Shown: one piece after another, positions 9,226-19,569 of the stretch
Numbering within the stretch: the stretch's first letter is position 1
How the letters are laid out: every line of letters starts with the position of its first letter
Assembly (NCBI GenBank): GCA_965237955.1
Contig: OZ250169.1
Location: forward strand, 2,464,001 to 2,528,000
Length of the DNA stretch: 64,000 nt
DNA from: Candidatus Marinacidobacterales bacterium
GTDB lineage: Bacteria; Acidobacteriota; Vicinamibacteria; Marinacidobacterales; SMYC01
Direction: 5' to 3'
Notes under the pieces: model-generated
Told to the model about the DNA's origin: nothing
What the model saw: the letters and a program-made list of their open reading frames with translations, nothing else
Database searches by the model: none
Position numbers and translations under genes: made by a program

Positions 9226-10670
9226 GGAGATGCCCCTGAGATAGTTGAAGGTTAGGAGTGGCGGCTCCTAAGGCCGGGTTCGATAGAATCCGGCTGTGAA
9301 GGAAAAAGAAAGGAGCCACCACGATGTCAAATTACCAAATCATCGATGCGAAGAACAGGAAGAAGCTTCGAGAGATACTGAGCTCGAAGGGGCAAGCTCT
9401 GTTGCCGTTCTTGGATGCGATTGAGCGAACCGAGATAGCGATCGACGAAGTGATCGACGTTGCTGGCCGAGCGACGATCGAAGCGGTCTTGGATCTGTCA
9501 GCCCAAAGTGTGGCTGGGGAGAAACACCCGGGGAAGAAGGGTAGCGATGTTCGCTGGCACGGCCGGCAGGGTGGCGTAGTAAGCCTTGCGGAGCGGAAGT
9601 TGAGAGTGAGCCGGCCACGTCTGCGGCGTAAGGGAAAGGCAGAGGGAGGGGAGGTTGCGATTCCTGCCTACGAAGCGGTGAACAACTCGTCTCGGCTGAG
9701 CCAACGCATCTGGGAAATCCTGATGCTGGGTGTGTCGACGCGCAAGTACGCGTCGGTTCTTCCCGAGATGGCGGAGACGGTAGGGGTTAGCAAGAGCGAG
9801 GTGAGCCGTGAGTTCGTGGAAGCAAGCGCGGAGCAGTTGCAGGGGCTGATGGAGCATCCGCTGGACGAGCTGGAGATCGCGGTCGTGTACCTGGACGGGA
9901 TTCGCTTCGGCGAGCACCACGCGCTGGCGGCAATCGGCGTAGATACAGAGGGATACAAGCATGTTCTGGGGCTTCGGGATGGAGCATCGGAGAACCAGAT
10001 AGTGTGCAAGGCGCTGCTGGAGGACCTGGTCGAACGAGGCCTGAGCCCAGAGCGGTGTCGGCTGTTCGTGATCGATGGCTCCAAGGCGCTACGGGTCGCC
10101 GTCGACGCTGTGTTCGGTACCCACAACAAGGTCCAGCGTTGCAGGAAGCACAAGGAGCGCAATGTGCTCGGTTATCTGCCGCAGGAGCTGAAGCCGCAAG
10201 TGCAAGCGAGCCTGCGTTCGGCCTGGCAGCTCCCAGCAAAGAAGGGCAAAGCGCGGTTGGAGCAACAGGCGAAGTGGCTCGAGGACGACTACCCCTCGGC
10301 GGCGGAGAGCATCCGGGAGGGGCTCGACGAGATGTTCACCATCAACGAGCTCGACCTCCCCGCATCTCTGAAACGCTGCCTTGGATCGACGAACACCATC
10401 GAGTCGTGCTTCAGCGGTGCGCGAGGTCGTACCCGTCGCGTCACCCGCTGGCGCAATGGCAAGATGGTTCTGAGATGGGCCGCTTCGGCTCTGCTCGCCA
10501 CGGAGAAAAATTTCCGTCGTATCATTGGATACCAATCGCTACCGATCCTCGAAGCGAAGTTAGCGGAGGTCACTGAGAATCAAGCGCTCGACAAGCACGC
10601 CAAAGTCGGGTAAACCATGTGTCAGGAGCCGCCACCACCTCGAACCTTCAACTATGGTGGGGGCACCTCC
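9226..10670 (+). mobile_element. IS256 family insertion sequence (1445 bp)
   Basis: IRs GGAGATGCCCCTGAGATAGTTGAAGGTT / GGAGGTGCCCCCACCATAGTTGAAGGTT. 8-bp duplication GAAAATCA at 9218-9225 and 10671-10678. Confidence 0.95.
9324..10613 (+). CDS. IS256 family transposase
   Basis: GVSTRK, VYLDG, VIDGSKAL, QRCRKHKERN and STNTIES motifs. Confidence 0.96.
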   Translation: MSNYQIIDAKNRKKLREILSSKGQALLPFLDAIERTEIAIDEVIDVAGRATIEAVLDLSAQSVAGEKHPGKKGSDVRWHGRQGGVVSLAERKLRVSRPRLRRKGKAEGGEVAIPAYEAVNNSSRLSQRIWEILMLGVSTRKYASVLPEMAETVGVSKSEVSREFVEASAEQLQGLMEHPLDELEIAVVYLDGIRFGEHHALAAIGVDTEGYKHVLGLRDGASENQIVCKALLEDLVERGLSPERCRLFVIDGSKALRVAVDAVFGTHNKVQRCRKHKERNVLGYLPQELKPQVQASLRSAWQLPAKKGKARLEQQAKWLEDDYPSAAESIREGLDEMFTINELDLPASLKRCLGSTNTIESCFSGARGRTRRVTRWRNGKMVLRWAASALLATEKNFRRIIGYQSLPILEAKLAEVTENQALDKHAKVG

Positions 10671-11091
10671 GAAAATCACCCGTCCCGCGGTGACGTCTCC
10701 CATGAACTCGATCTGCGCCAGCCCGAACGGGTACTCCTGGACCTCTCCGTTGGCGAGCTCGTAGCTCATCTTACCGACGGGCTCGATCCCCGCGTTGCGA
10801 AGCTCCGAGCCGGGAGCCATCGAGTCCGTCGCCCCGGTGTCGACGAGAAACAACGCCTCATAGCCTGCGTTCTCGCTGCCCGGAACCCTCAGAGTTACTG
10901 TGACCTGGATCAAACCCAACCTCGACCTCCAATCTACTGCCGCGCGTCAACGGCGTCAACGCGTGAGCTGCTTGAGCGGGTTTTTGCTAGATAGAGACGA
11001 GATTCGGGGCTTCATACCTCCTCGACAGACTGGGAAAAGAAGTAGCGATGCTGTTGTTCCCAAGCCCGAATCCGCCTAAGATTGCATCGCC

Positions 11092-12135
11092 GTGTCGCTG
11101 ACATCCAATCAGAAACTCGCCCACTACGAGATCGTCGCTCCCATCGGAGCGGGCGGAATGGGTAAGGTCTACCGCGCGCGTGATACGCTCGACCGCGAGG
11201 TCGCGATTAAGGTGTTGCCCGAAGCGTTCGCGAAGGACGACGAGCGCCTTCGGCGGTTCGAGCGGGAAGCGAGCTTCTCGCGTCGCTGAATCATCCGAAC
11301 ATCGCGAGCATCTACGGTCTCGAAGAATCGGAGGGGGTGAAAGCGCTCGTCCTCGAGCTGGTCGAAGGGCCGACGCTTGCGGAGCGGATCGAAGAAGGGC
11401 CGATTCCAGTCGACGAAACGATCGCGATCGCGCGGCAGATCGCGGAGGCGCTCGAAGCGGGCCACGACGCCGGCGTCATCCATCGAGACCTGAAGCCCGC
11501 GAACGTGAAGCTCAAGGAAGATGGCACGGTGAAAGTACTCGACTACGGACTCGCGAAAGCACTCGAAGGCGAGGCGCCTGGTGGAGAGGACTCCGAGCTT
11601 TCGCAGTCACCGACCCTCACGCGTCAGGGTACACAGGTCGTATCAGACAGGCGAAAACATTGACGTCTGGATACTGTCCATGGGAGGCGAGCCCGAGCGC
11701 TTCATCGCAACGGCGGCCAACGAGCGGCAGCCCAGTTTTTCCCCAAACGGACGCCACCTCGCCTACGTCTCGGACGAGTCGGGCCGAAACGAAGTTCACG
11801 TGCAGTCTTATCCCGACTTGCCTGACGAGTGGACTGTCTCCACCGACGGCGGCACGTTCCCGGTGTGGGCACGCGACGGACGTGAGCTCTTCTACCGGAG
11901 CCAGGGGCACCTCATGACGGTAGACGTCCGTACCGAGCCGAGCTTCAACGCCGGGACGCCGCGGGTGCTACTCGATGCGCCACAGCTCGCAGCCTATACG
12001 GAAGGATTCGACGTCTCGCCGGATGGCCAACGATTTCTTTTCGGCGAGGACGTAGCGTTGAGACAAAACAGCAGCCTCGTCGTCATCCTCAACTGGACCG
12101 AAGCGCTGAAGCGGCTCGTTCCCACGGATCGTTGA
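11092..12135 (+). pseudogene. Ser/Thr kinase with C-terminal PD40/TolB-like propeller; frameshift near 11270 and large internal deletion near 11640
   Basis: [21 protein letters not shown] and DYG motifs jump directly to FSPNGRHLAYVSDESG..VILNWTEALKRLVP. The kinase C-lobe is missing. Confidence 0.9.
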
Positions 12136-12164
12136 GTCTGAAGGTCCCTAGTAGGAGGCATAAC

Positions 12165-12770
12165 GTGCGTTATCAATTCCTCATCGAGACCTACCAGACG
12201 GAGATTCAGAAGGTCTTGAGCATGTGGGCGATGTTCGAGGACGGCGACCTCGAGGTCCGCCCCCACGCTTCCGACTCGAGAGGGCGGAGTGTCCTCGAGC
12301 ACATGGTGCACCAGTCGATGAGCGAGAACCTCTGGTTCACGGCGATGCTCGGGATCGCCGTCACCGACAAGCCCGTCCCGAGCGAGGAGACGCGACTCGC
12401 ATTCATGAACACGTACGCCGAGAACGCGGCGAAGCGTCTCGCGGCGCTTCGGGAGAAACCCGAGGCGTGGTGGGAAGAGGAGGTCGATTTCTTCGAGGTG
12501 AAACGCTCGCGGGCCTGGGTCATGACGCGGCGCATCGCCCATACGTCCCATCACCGGGGGCAACAAGCTGCCATGGTGAGAATGCTCGGCCGCGACCTGC
12601 ACAGCAACTACGGTCCCACCGCGGATACCGGAGGGCTCATGCAGAACAATGCTCCGGTCATCTACGCCTACCCGGACGTTGCGACGCTCCTAGAGGAAGA
12701 AGCCGGCGCCAGGCGCAAAACGCCGTTACCGGGCCCCGGTGACAAGTCCCCGACGGAGCGTCCGCGCTAA
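12165..12770 (+). CDS. DinB family protein
   Basis: RSVLEHMVH and RIAHTSHHRGQ motifs. AGGAGG precedes the GTG at 12165. Confidence 0.85.
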   Translation: MRYQFLIETYQTEIQKVLSMWAMFEDGDLEVRPHASDSRGRSVLEHMVHQSMSENLWFTAMLGIAVTDKPVPSEETRLAFMNTYAENAAKRLAALREKPEAWWEEEVDFFEVKRSRAWVMTRRIAHTSHHRGQQAAMVRMLGRDLHSNYGPTADTGGLMQNNAPVIYAYPDVATLLEEEAGARRKTPLPGPGDKSPTERPR

Positions 12771-13258
12771 TCTTTATCGGACCACTGCCGGTCCTCACCG
12801 CGGCCGGAACGAGACTCCACTTCCGCGATCCACCCGCGGCGCAGCTCTTCCGCGGGGACGCTCGACAGATACGGCTTGATATCAAGAATCGGGCTCTCGT
12901 CGAGCATGTCGACGCCTCGTACGGTGAGGCGTCGGCCGTCGCGTGCCATGAGCCGCACCACGGTCAATCCGATGGGGTTTGGCCGGCGCGGTGAGCGCGT
13001 CGCGAAAACTCCGTGCGGTTTGTTGTCGGTAGGGGGACGGCCTATGAGCGCGAACTCCTTGTGGCGGTCGAAGACCCAAATCACGAACAGGTGCGAGAAG
13101 CCTTCGATATCGAGAAGCCCTTCCTCCATATCGGGGTTGAGCTCGAGCGTTCCCTCGCGAGTGTGCTTTGCCCCGATGCCCTTCGAGATTTCGGATGTCT
13201 CTTTGAACGGTGTGCGGGCGACGCCGATGGGGTTGAGCGTCCAAGTCGCGGAAGTCAT
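12767..13258 (-). CDS. trmO: tRNA m6t6A37 methyltransferase TrmO (TsaA)
   Basis: FSHLFVIWVF, GVFATRSPRRPNPIGL and PILDIKPY motifs. Confidence 0.92.
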   Translation of the reverse strand: MTSATWTLNPIGVARTPFKETSEISKGIGAKHTREGTLELNPDMEEGLLDIEGFSHLFVIWVFDRHKEFALIGRPPTDNKPHGVFATRSPRRPNPIGLTVVRLMARDGRRLTVRGVDMLDESPILDIKPYLSSVPAEELRRGWIAEVESRSGRGEDRQWSDKD

Positions 13259-13260
13259 GG

Positions 13261-14517
13261 CTACCTCATTCGAATGTAGAGCGAGAACACCACGGCCGCC
13301 GTCATGAACCAGAGTCCGGCGAGACCCCAGAGACGGAGCAACCGTTTCGGCTTCATCGATTCGTCATCGATGAGTCGGGTTACACAATAGTAGTTGAGCC
13401 CGTAGAGGATCGGTGCCACCGCCAGGCTCACGAGGCCGATGAGCTGAATCATCCGTACAGGATTGGGAAAAATGTAGTTGGCTCCGATGGCGAACGCGAA
13501 GATCACCGCCATGAAGATCCAGTACGCGGGGTCGCTCGATCGTTTCAAGGTTTCGTTCGTTGGATAAAGAGTACGCAGCAGAGTGGAGAACGTCCGCGGG
13601 AAGCTGTCCATCACCGAGTACGCGGTCGAGAACATCGCGGCGAACGCGGCGAGCATGAAGACGGGGAACATCCAATCGCCCAAGACCTCGGTGTAGATCC
13701 GCGACAGGGTGAGGGCGACGTCGATACCGCTCGGCGTCAGGCCTCGCGGAGCGAGGAGATTCGCGCCTAGCGACACGAAAATCACAGCGAGAACGGCGGA
13801 GAGGAGGTATCCCACTTTCAAATCCAGCAAGCCCAAGCGCAGCATGTCGCGTTTGTCGGAAGCCGCCTTGCGCCAGTCGTCCATCTGCTCGAGTGCCCAT
13901 AGGGAATGCCAGATTGCGACGTTGATACCGGTAGGCATGAGCCCGAGAATCGCGGCGACGAGAACGAGAGAGCCCGTCGGGATGGACGGGGTAAACGCCT
14001 GCGCGACGTCGGATAGGCGCGGCGGCGCGGCGATAAACGCGATGACGCTGATGACGGCGAGCACCAGCATCGCGATCTTGCTGCCGACGGCGAGGGCAGG
14101 GTATTTCCCCATGCGGTGAAGCAGGACGATGGCGACACCGAGTAGCACGACCCACACCGTCATCGAGAATGTGCCCAAGCTCGCGACGAGGATGGCGGCC
14201 GTCACCGACAGCATGCCGGCGAGAAGCACCAGGCCCTGGAGGATCGTCGTCACCAGGAAAGCCCAAACGGCCCAGTTCTTCGGCCCGGGAACGTCCTGAT
14301 ATCCACGAATCAATGACGTACCCGTTGCGATCGCGAACCGGGGGCCGAACTCGAACGCCGGATACTTGAAGACGTGAGAGAACAGGACGAGCCACATGAG
14401 CTCGTAGCCGAAACGTGCGCCTGCGACCGGACTCAAGATTAGATGGCTCGTGCCGATGGCGGTCGCGGCCATGATGATGCCGGGGCCGAGGTTTCGGAGC
14501 GTTTGGATGAGTCGCAC
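13261..14517 (-). CDS. Nramp-like divalent metal transporter
   Basis: LGPGIIMAATAIGTSHL..GARFG and AAMFST motifs, about 11 TM segments. Confidence 0.8.
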   Translation of the reverse strand: MRLIQTLRNLGPGIIMAATAIGTSHLILSPVAGARFGYELMWLVLFSHVFKYPAFEFGPRFAIATGTSLIRGYQDVPGPKNWAVWAFLVTTILQGLVLLAGMLSVTAAILVASLGTFSMTVWVVLLGVAIVLLHRMGKYPALAVGSKIAMLVLAVISVIAFIAAPPRLSDVAQAFTPSIPTGSLVLVAAILGLMPTGINVAIWHSLWALEQMDDWRKAASDKRDMLRLGLLDLKVGYLLSAVLAVIFVSLGANLLAPRGLTPSGIDVALTLSRIYTEVLGDWMFPVFMLAAFAAMFSTAYSVMDSFPRTFSTLLRTLYPTNETLKRSSDPAYWIFMAVIFAFAIGANYIFPNPVRMIQLIGLVSLAVAPILYGLNYYCVTRLIDDESMKPKRLLRLWGLAGLWFMTAAVVFSLYIRMR

Positions 14518-14528
14518 GGCGTCAAACC

Positions 14529-15508
14529 TTAGGCGTTGTTCAAGATAGAAAGCGCCGTGCCGCTGAAGATGCGCTCTTTTTCGAACGCCGGGATGTGAAG
14601 CGCTTCGATCGACGATACCGAGCGCTCGATCGAACCGAGTAGGTGCGGGTAGTCGCTGCCCATGACCATGTGCTCGGTGCCGACGAGATCGCGGAGCATC
14701 CTGAGCGTGTAGGGACTGAAGGTGACGGTGTCGTAATATAGCTTTTTCAAGTACGTGCTCGGAAGCTCGTCGATGTTCTCCACTCGGCGAAATCGCGGTA
14801 GCCGTTGTCGGGCCGCTCCATCAGCCACGGAATCGCTCCTCCTGCGTGGCCGATGATCCAGCGGATGTCCGGGAGCTCACGGAACATCCCGTCGAAACAC
14901 ATGAGCGCGGTCGCGAGGGTGGTGTCCGAAGGAAAACCCACCAGGGGCCCGAGAACGTACTGGCGGAAAGGCTCCGGGTTCGCCGGCAGCATGGGATGCA
15001 AGAAGATGCACACCTTTCTTCGATTCGCCTCTTCGAAGAACGGCCGATACTCGGGAGACGTCAGTGGACGTCCCTGGATGTTACTAATAAGGATGACACC
15101 GTTGAGCTTCAGCTCGTCGAGCGAGCGCTCGAGCTCTTGGACCGCTTCGTCGGGAGCGTCCATGGGAATCGATGCGAACCCTTTGAAGCGTTTCGGGTGT
15201 TGGGCGACGAGCTCGGCGTAGGCGTCGTTCAACCTGCGCGCAACCGCCGGCTGATGTTCCGCGTCCGCGAAGAACACGTTCGGGGTCGATAGCGACAGGA
15301 CTTCTACGTCGATGCCGACGCGGTCCATGTCCTCGAGTCGCTTTTGGGGATCCGTCATCGGCGGGGTGATGCCGAAAAACCGCGCGCCTTTGAGCTTGAT
15401 GATGGTGCGCCCGGTCGGATCCTTGTCGAACGAGAAGTCCGAGGACAGCTCTCGGATCTTGTCGAAAAAAATCTAGGGGTAGTACTGGGTGTGCAGGTCG
15501 AACTTCAA
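14529..15508 (-). pseudogene. amidohydrolase_2 (ACMSD-like decarboxylase/hydrolase); in-frame stop near 15475 and frameshift near 14790
   Basis: MKFDLHTQYYP* start, followed by RLEDMDRVGID, FLHP, HAGG and GSDYPH motifs in two frames. Confidence 0.85.
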
Positions 15509-15514
15509 TGGAGG

Positions 15515-16096
15515 TTACCTCGTTTGCCAGGGTAGTGTTGCTTTCTTGCCGAATTCCGATGCCCAAGCGTCGATACGCTCTTCGAAGGGCGTTTTCGAAG
15601 CTTCCGGGTCCTGGTTGCGAAACCGGAAGTGAAGTTCCTGCGCGCACACCGTCCACGATGTCAGCACTTTCGCATGCGCGCCCGATTCGGTGTGGACGTT
15701 CTTGCCGTGCACGAGAAGGCGCGTTTCCAACATCTTCGAGCCTTTTGCGGCGCGTACGCGATCGCCTGATTCCACGCGACGGAGAAGCGAGCGGTCCTCC
15801 CGGGACAAACCTTCCGTCTGCCATCGCTCTTTGGCGGTCACCACCGAAAAGAAATCACGCCACAGCGTCTTGGCGACGAACGTTTCCTTGCCGGAGATGA
15901 GTTTCACCAGGAGCGTGTCCTCCGCGTCGTCGAGTCGTTCCAGCACCGCGTAGATCGCGTGCGACGCAGGGTGCGACCACCACGATCCTTTCACCGGCTC
16001 GCGGGCAACAATCCCGGCGACACTCGGCAACACCGGGTCGGTGACGAGGAGCAGCCCGTGCCGGTCGAGCTCGCGTCGGACCCCTGCCACGCTCAA
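15515..16096 (-). CDS. hypothetical protein (GSWWSHP motif)
   Basis: 193-aa ORF with normal composition, co-oriented with its neighbours. Confidence 0.65.
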   Translation of the reverse strand: MSVAGVRRELDRHGLLLVTDPVLPSVAGIVAREPVKGSWWSHPASHAIYAVLERLDDAEDTLLVKLISGKETFVAKTLWRDFFSVVTAKERWQTEGLSREDRSLLRRVESGDRVRAAKGSKMLETRLLVHGKNVHTESGAHAKVLTSWTVCAQELHFRFRNQDPEASKTPFEERIDAWASEFGKKATLPWQTR

Positions 16097-16621
16097 GGCG
16101 GCATCCTATCCGCAACGGGATGGCACGTCTATTCGGTGCGCCACTACATTGGTACTGTCAGATTCATCACGAATGGATCTTTATTGGATCCACTTTCGTG
16201 GCTACATTGGCAGGGCATTAAGTCGGCGCTGAGCTTGGCAGCCAGAGGCCAGTCTTCGGACGTGATCCATTCCGTACCGTCGGCCGGCGCATGCGCCTCG
16301 CCGAGGTTGATGAGAGGCCCCGGGGGCATGGCGACCATTTCGCGGCAGGCGTCCACGCCCGAGCCGCGCTGGCTGCAAAGTGCGCGGCTGAGATAGGACG
16401 CGTGCTTGCCTTTCGCGATCCGACACTCGGCCCACCCGTCACCGCGTCGATCGGGTCGGCGCGGGCGGCGTTACTGGTATCGCAGGCGGTGTCTTCATGT
16501 GCAGCGGCATACCAATAGAGTCTTCATAATGGAAATCATGTCAACTGGGAGGTTTACTTGCGCGAAAGCTCATCGAGTCGAGCGCGTCGTGAGTTTTTTC
16601 GGACCTGGCGATGCGAGCCCT

Positions 16622-17557
16622 TCAGGAGCGTCGCTTCGTCCACTCGCGTTCGAACCGGCGTCGTTTGATGAACGACTTCTGGGTTCCGACGCCGGTGGTC
16701 GAGATCGCCGCGTAGAGGTTCGCGCGAGCAATCGCGTCGCGCTCGTCGTAGCCTTCGCCTAGAAACACGGCGAAGCTCCCGATGAAGGCATCGCCCGCGC
16801 CGGTCGAGTCGATGGCCTTCACTTTGAACGGCGGTACGAGGTCCATGCCGTCTCGATTGGCAAGAAGAGCTCCACGCTCGCCGAGCGTCAAGATCACGCG
16901 GCGCAATCCCTTCGACATCAGGTGCCCGGCGCATTTCCTCGCGTCGTCGACGGTCTTGACCTTCTTCCCGGTAATCGCCTCGGCTTCGGTCTCGTTGGGA
17001 ATGAAGTAGTCGACGCTCTGGATCTTGTCGAGGTCGACCTGCATCGTCGGAGCGGGGTTGAGGATGACGGGAATCTTGTAGCGCTTTGCGAGCTTGACCG
17101 TGTGATAAATCGTCTCGAGTGGGATCTCGAACTGCATGACGATCATGTCGGCTTTTTTCAGGAGCGACTTCGCCTTGTTCACCGCCTTCGACGTGAGCTT
17201 GTCGTTCGCCCCCTTGACGACGAGGATCCGGTTCTGTCCGTTGGCCTCGACGAATATCGGAGCGACTCCGCTCGAGACACCCCTAATGGACTTCACGTGC
17301 TTGGCGCCGATGCCGAGGCTCTTGAAGTTCTTGATCGTCGCCGGACCGAACAGATCGTCGCCCACACGCGCGACCATGTGAGCGTCCGCGCCGCAATAGG
17401 CGGCGGCGACCGCTTGGTTGGCGCCTTTGCCTCCAAAGCCGAGATCGAAACTCTTGCCGAAGAGGGTCTCGCCGGGTTTGGGGAACTTGCCGGTAAACGG
17501 CGTGAGGTCCACGTTGGCGCTTCCCACGACGACGATGCGCGCTTTCCTTTTTTTCAT
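16622..17557 (-). CDS. rbsK: ribokinase
   Basis: VVGSANVD, GGKGANQA, PNETE and DSTGAGDAF motifs. GGAGG precedes ATG 17557. Confidence 0.93.
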   Translation of the reverse strand: MKKRKARIVVVGSANVDLTPFTGKFPKPGETLFGKSFDLGFGGKGANQAVAAAYCGADAHMVARVGDDLFGPATIKNFKSLGIGAKHVKSIRGVSSGVAPIFVEANGQNRILVVKGANDKLTSKAVNKAKSLLKKADMIVMQFEIPLETIYHTVKLAKRYKIPVILNPAPTMQVDLDKIQSVDYFIPNETEAEAITGKKVKTVDDARKCAGHLMSKGLRRVILTLGERGALLANRDGMDLVPPFKVKAIDSTGAGDAFIGSFAVFLGEGYDERDAIARANLYAAISTTGVGTQKSFIKRRRFEREWTKRRS

Positions 17558-17562
17558 GAGGA

Positions 17563-17679
17563 TCACCTCCAGAATGCGTTGGCGATGACCGCGATGGCGC
17601 TCGCGTAGACCGATCCCCAGCAGATCATGCACAGGATCATGAGGAGAAGTGCGAGACCGTACGTTTCCGGCACGAACAC
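17563..17679 (-). pseudogene. 38-aa remnant of a GRP/ureide-permease-like sugar transporter (N- and C-termini fused)
   Basis: MFVPETYGLALLLMILCMICWGS|VYASAIAVIANAFWR*. Has an RBS and lies directly upstream of rbsK. Confidence 0.6.
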
Positions 17680-17753
17680 GCTGATTCCCCTTCTCGTGAG
17701 AACGGCCTAGAATGCGGGGGCGAAATGTAGCATACGCCGATACAGGATGCCGA

Positions 17754-18701
17754 ATGCCAACGAAACGCCCCATCATTATTGATTGCGACCCGGGCCAAGA
17801 CGACGCCGTCAACATTCTTGTCGCCCTCGCCGCACCCGAGGAGCTCGACCTCCTCGGGATCACAACCGTCGCGGGAAACGTTCCCCTCGAGAAAACCCAG
17901 CGGAACGCCCGGATCTTGTGTGAGCTTGCGGGTAAACCGGAGGTCAAAGTCTTCGCGGGCTATGCGAGTCCGCTCGAGCGCCCTCTCGTCACCGCCGAGT
18001 ACGTTCATGGGCGGGAAGGAATCGATGGCGCGGACATCTTCGAGCCGCAGATGTCGCTTCAAGAGCAACACGCGGTCGAGTTCATCGTCGAAACACTCAT
18101 GGCTTCCGAGGATGATTCCATCACCCTCGTGCCCACGGCGCCGCTCACGAACATCGCGGCGGCGCTTCTCCAACAGCCGAACATCGCTCCCAAGATTCAC
18201 GAGATCGTGCTGATGGGCGGTGCGTTCCGCGAAGGCGGAAACGTCACCCCGTCGGCCGAGTTCAACGTCTACGTCGACCCGCACGCCGCGAAGATCGTCT
18301 TCGGCTGCGGACGGCCGATCGTCGCTATGGGCCTCGACGTGACCCATCAAGTTCTCGGGACACCCGAGCGCGTGAAGGCGATTGGCGATCTCGGAACCAA
18401 AGTCGGTCGCAACGTGCAAGGCATGCTCGAGTTCTACAACCGCTACGACGAAGAGAAGTACGGCGTCGAGGGCGGACCGCTCCACGACCCGTGCACGGTC
18501 GCGTACTTGCTGAAGCCTGACCTCTTTCAAGGCAAGCGGGTGAACATCGAGGTGGAGACGGAGTCCGTACTCACGATGGGCGAAACCGTGGTCGACTTCT
18601 GGGGCGTCACCGGGCGCGAGCCGAACGCCGAATGGATCCATCGCGCGGATGCCGACGGGTTCTTCGACTTGCTGACAGAAAGACTGTCGCGGTTGGGTTA
18701 G
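17754..18701 (+). CDS. inosine/uridine-preferring nucleoside hydrolase
   Basis: IIDCDPGQDDA, VAGN, AEFNVYVDPHAA and LHDP motifs. Confidence 0.95.
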   Translation: MPTKRPIIIDCDPGQDDAVNILVALAAPEELDLLGITTVAGNVPLEKTQRNARILCELAGKPEVKVFAGYASPLERPLVTAEYVHGREGIDGADIFEPQMSLQEQHAVEFIVETLMASEDDSITLVPTAPLTNIAAALLQQPNIAPKIHEIVLMGGAFREGGNVTPSAEFNVYVDPHAAKIVFGCGRPIVAMGLDVTHQVLGTPERVKAIGDLGTKVGRNVQGMLEFYNRYDEEKYGVEGGPLHDPCTVAYLLKPDLFQGKRVNIEVETESVLTMGETVVDFWGVTGREPNAEWIHRADADGFFDLLTERLSRLG

Positions 18702-18706
18702 GACGA

Positions 18707-18983
18707 ATGGAACCTAGTCCCCTGGAACAGAGGTTCGTAGCCTAAATCTCGGGCCCTTTTTGCGCGCTGGCTTCGTTGTTCCTCCTCGAAATATTCCAAT
18801 ATGACTTCGTCGTCACGCCTCGCCAGCCCACAAAATGGCGTCGAGCTTTAGTACGAACCTCTGTTCCAGGGGACTAGGTCGCTGGGCCTCCTGATTATGG
18901 GCGCCGGTCTTGCGCTGGCCGTCGTCGGCCTCGTCGTTTACTTGGGCGGGTTTTCGTGGTTCGGTCGGCTTCCCGGGGATATC
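18707..18983 (+). pseudogene. DUF2905-like small membrane protein, MITE-interrupted and 3'-truncated
   Basis: Removing the MITE gives MEPRSLGLLIMGAGLALAVVGLVVYLGGFSWFGRLPGDI. The second TM helix is missing. Confidence 0.75.
18718..18873. mobile_element. MITE, 156 bp, perfect 22-bp terminal IR, flanked by CTAG
   Basis: CTAG-TCCCCTGGAACAGAGGTTCGTA ... TACGAACCTCTGTTCCAGGGGA-CTAG. Excision restores the host ORF. Confidence 0.9.
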
Positions 18984-18996
18984 ACTAGGACAAGCT

Positions 18997-19569
18997 CTAG
19001 TACGAGCGGGATCTTCTCTTCTGCGTGGCCTTTGCTCGGCGAACAGTTTCCAGGAACTCTTTCAGCTTCTCAGGTTCTCGCTCGGCGTTGGACCATCGTT
19101 CAACCTCCTCCAGGTCCACGTCTTGATTCATGCAGACCGCCACGGCCTGATCGAGAGATTGCCGATCGTAACCGTGGTAGAACCCCGTCAAGCGATCCTT
19201 CACACATTGGGTCGGCGTGAGAATTTGAAGCTCTCCTACTGCGGTCGACAGGGTAGTCCACTCGTCGATCTCTTCCTCACCGATCACGATTGGCCAAGTC
19301 GAGGTGTTGACGTAGTGCGTGTGGTCGGGGTGCGAAAACCAGGCAGCCGACTCCTCTTTGAAGCCAAGCTTCGCCAAGTCTTTCGCTATTCGCTTTCGAT
19401 CGACCCGGGCCACGATAAAGTCAAGGTCTCGGGATTCCCATTGGTTGTCAGCGTAGATCGTGGCAACGCTGCCACCGCCCAACACAGCTACTATCCCGGC
19501 TGAATTGAGAGCTTCCGATACTATCGCTGCGAGCTCGGCAACGGTGAGTCCTCGGTGGATTCGACTCAC
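18997..19569 (-). CDS. Pol-beta superfamily nucleotidyltransferase-like protein (putative toxin)
   Basis: AVLGGGSVATIY..SRDLDF motif. 4-bp overlap with the upstream wHTH gene. Confidence 0.7.
   Translation of the reverse strand: MSRIHRGLTVAELAAIVSEALNSAGIVAVLGGGSVATIYADNQWESRDLDFIVARVDRKRIAKDLAKLGFKEESAAWFSHPDHTHYVNTSTWPIVIGEEEIDEWTTLSTAVGELQILTPTQCVKDRLTGFYHGYDRQSLDQAVAVCMNQDVDLEEVERWSNAEREPEKLKEFLETVRRAKATQKRRSRSY

Larger units (their letters stand above)
9104..10919 (-). pseudogene. clan AA (retropepsin-like) aspartic protease, 120 aa when restored, split by IS256
   Basis: LVDTGA motif in 10671-10919 and EPLLGITALE in 9104-9217. The halves rejoin in frame as AGRVIFGPEGREP. Confidence 0.9.

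Noticed and set aside
16144-16540. Possible degraded gene between the hypothetical ORF and rbsK
   Set aside because: Only short, inconsistent frames with no recognisable motif.
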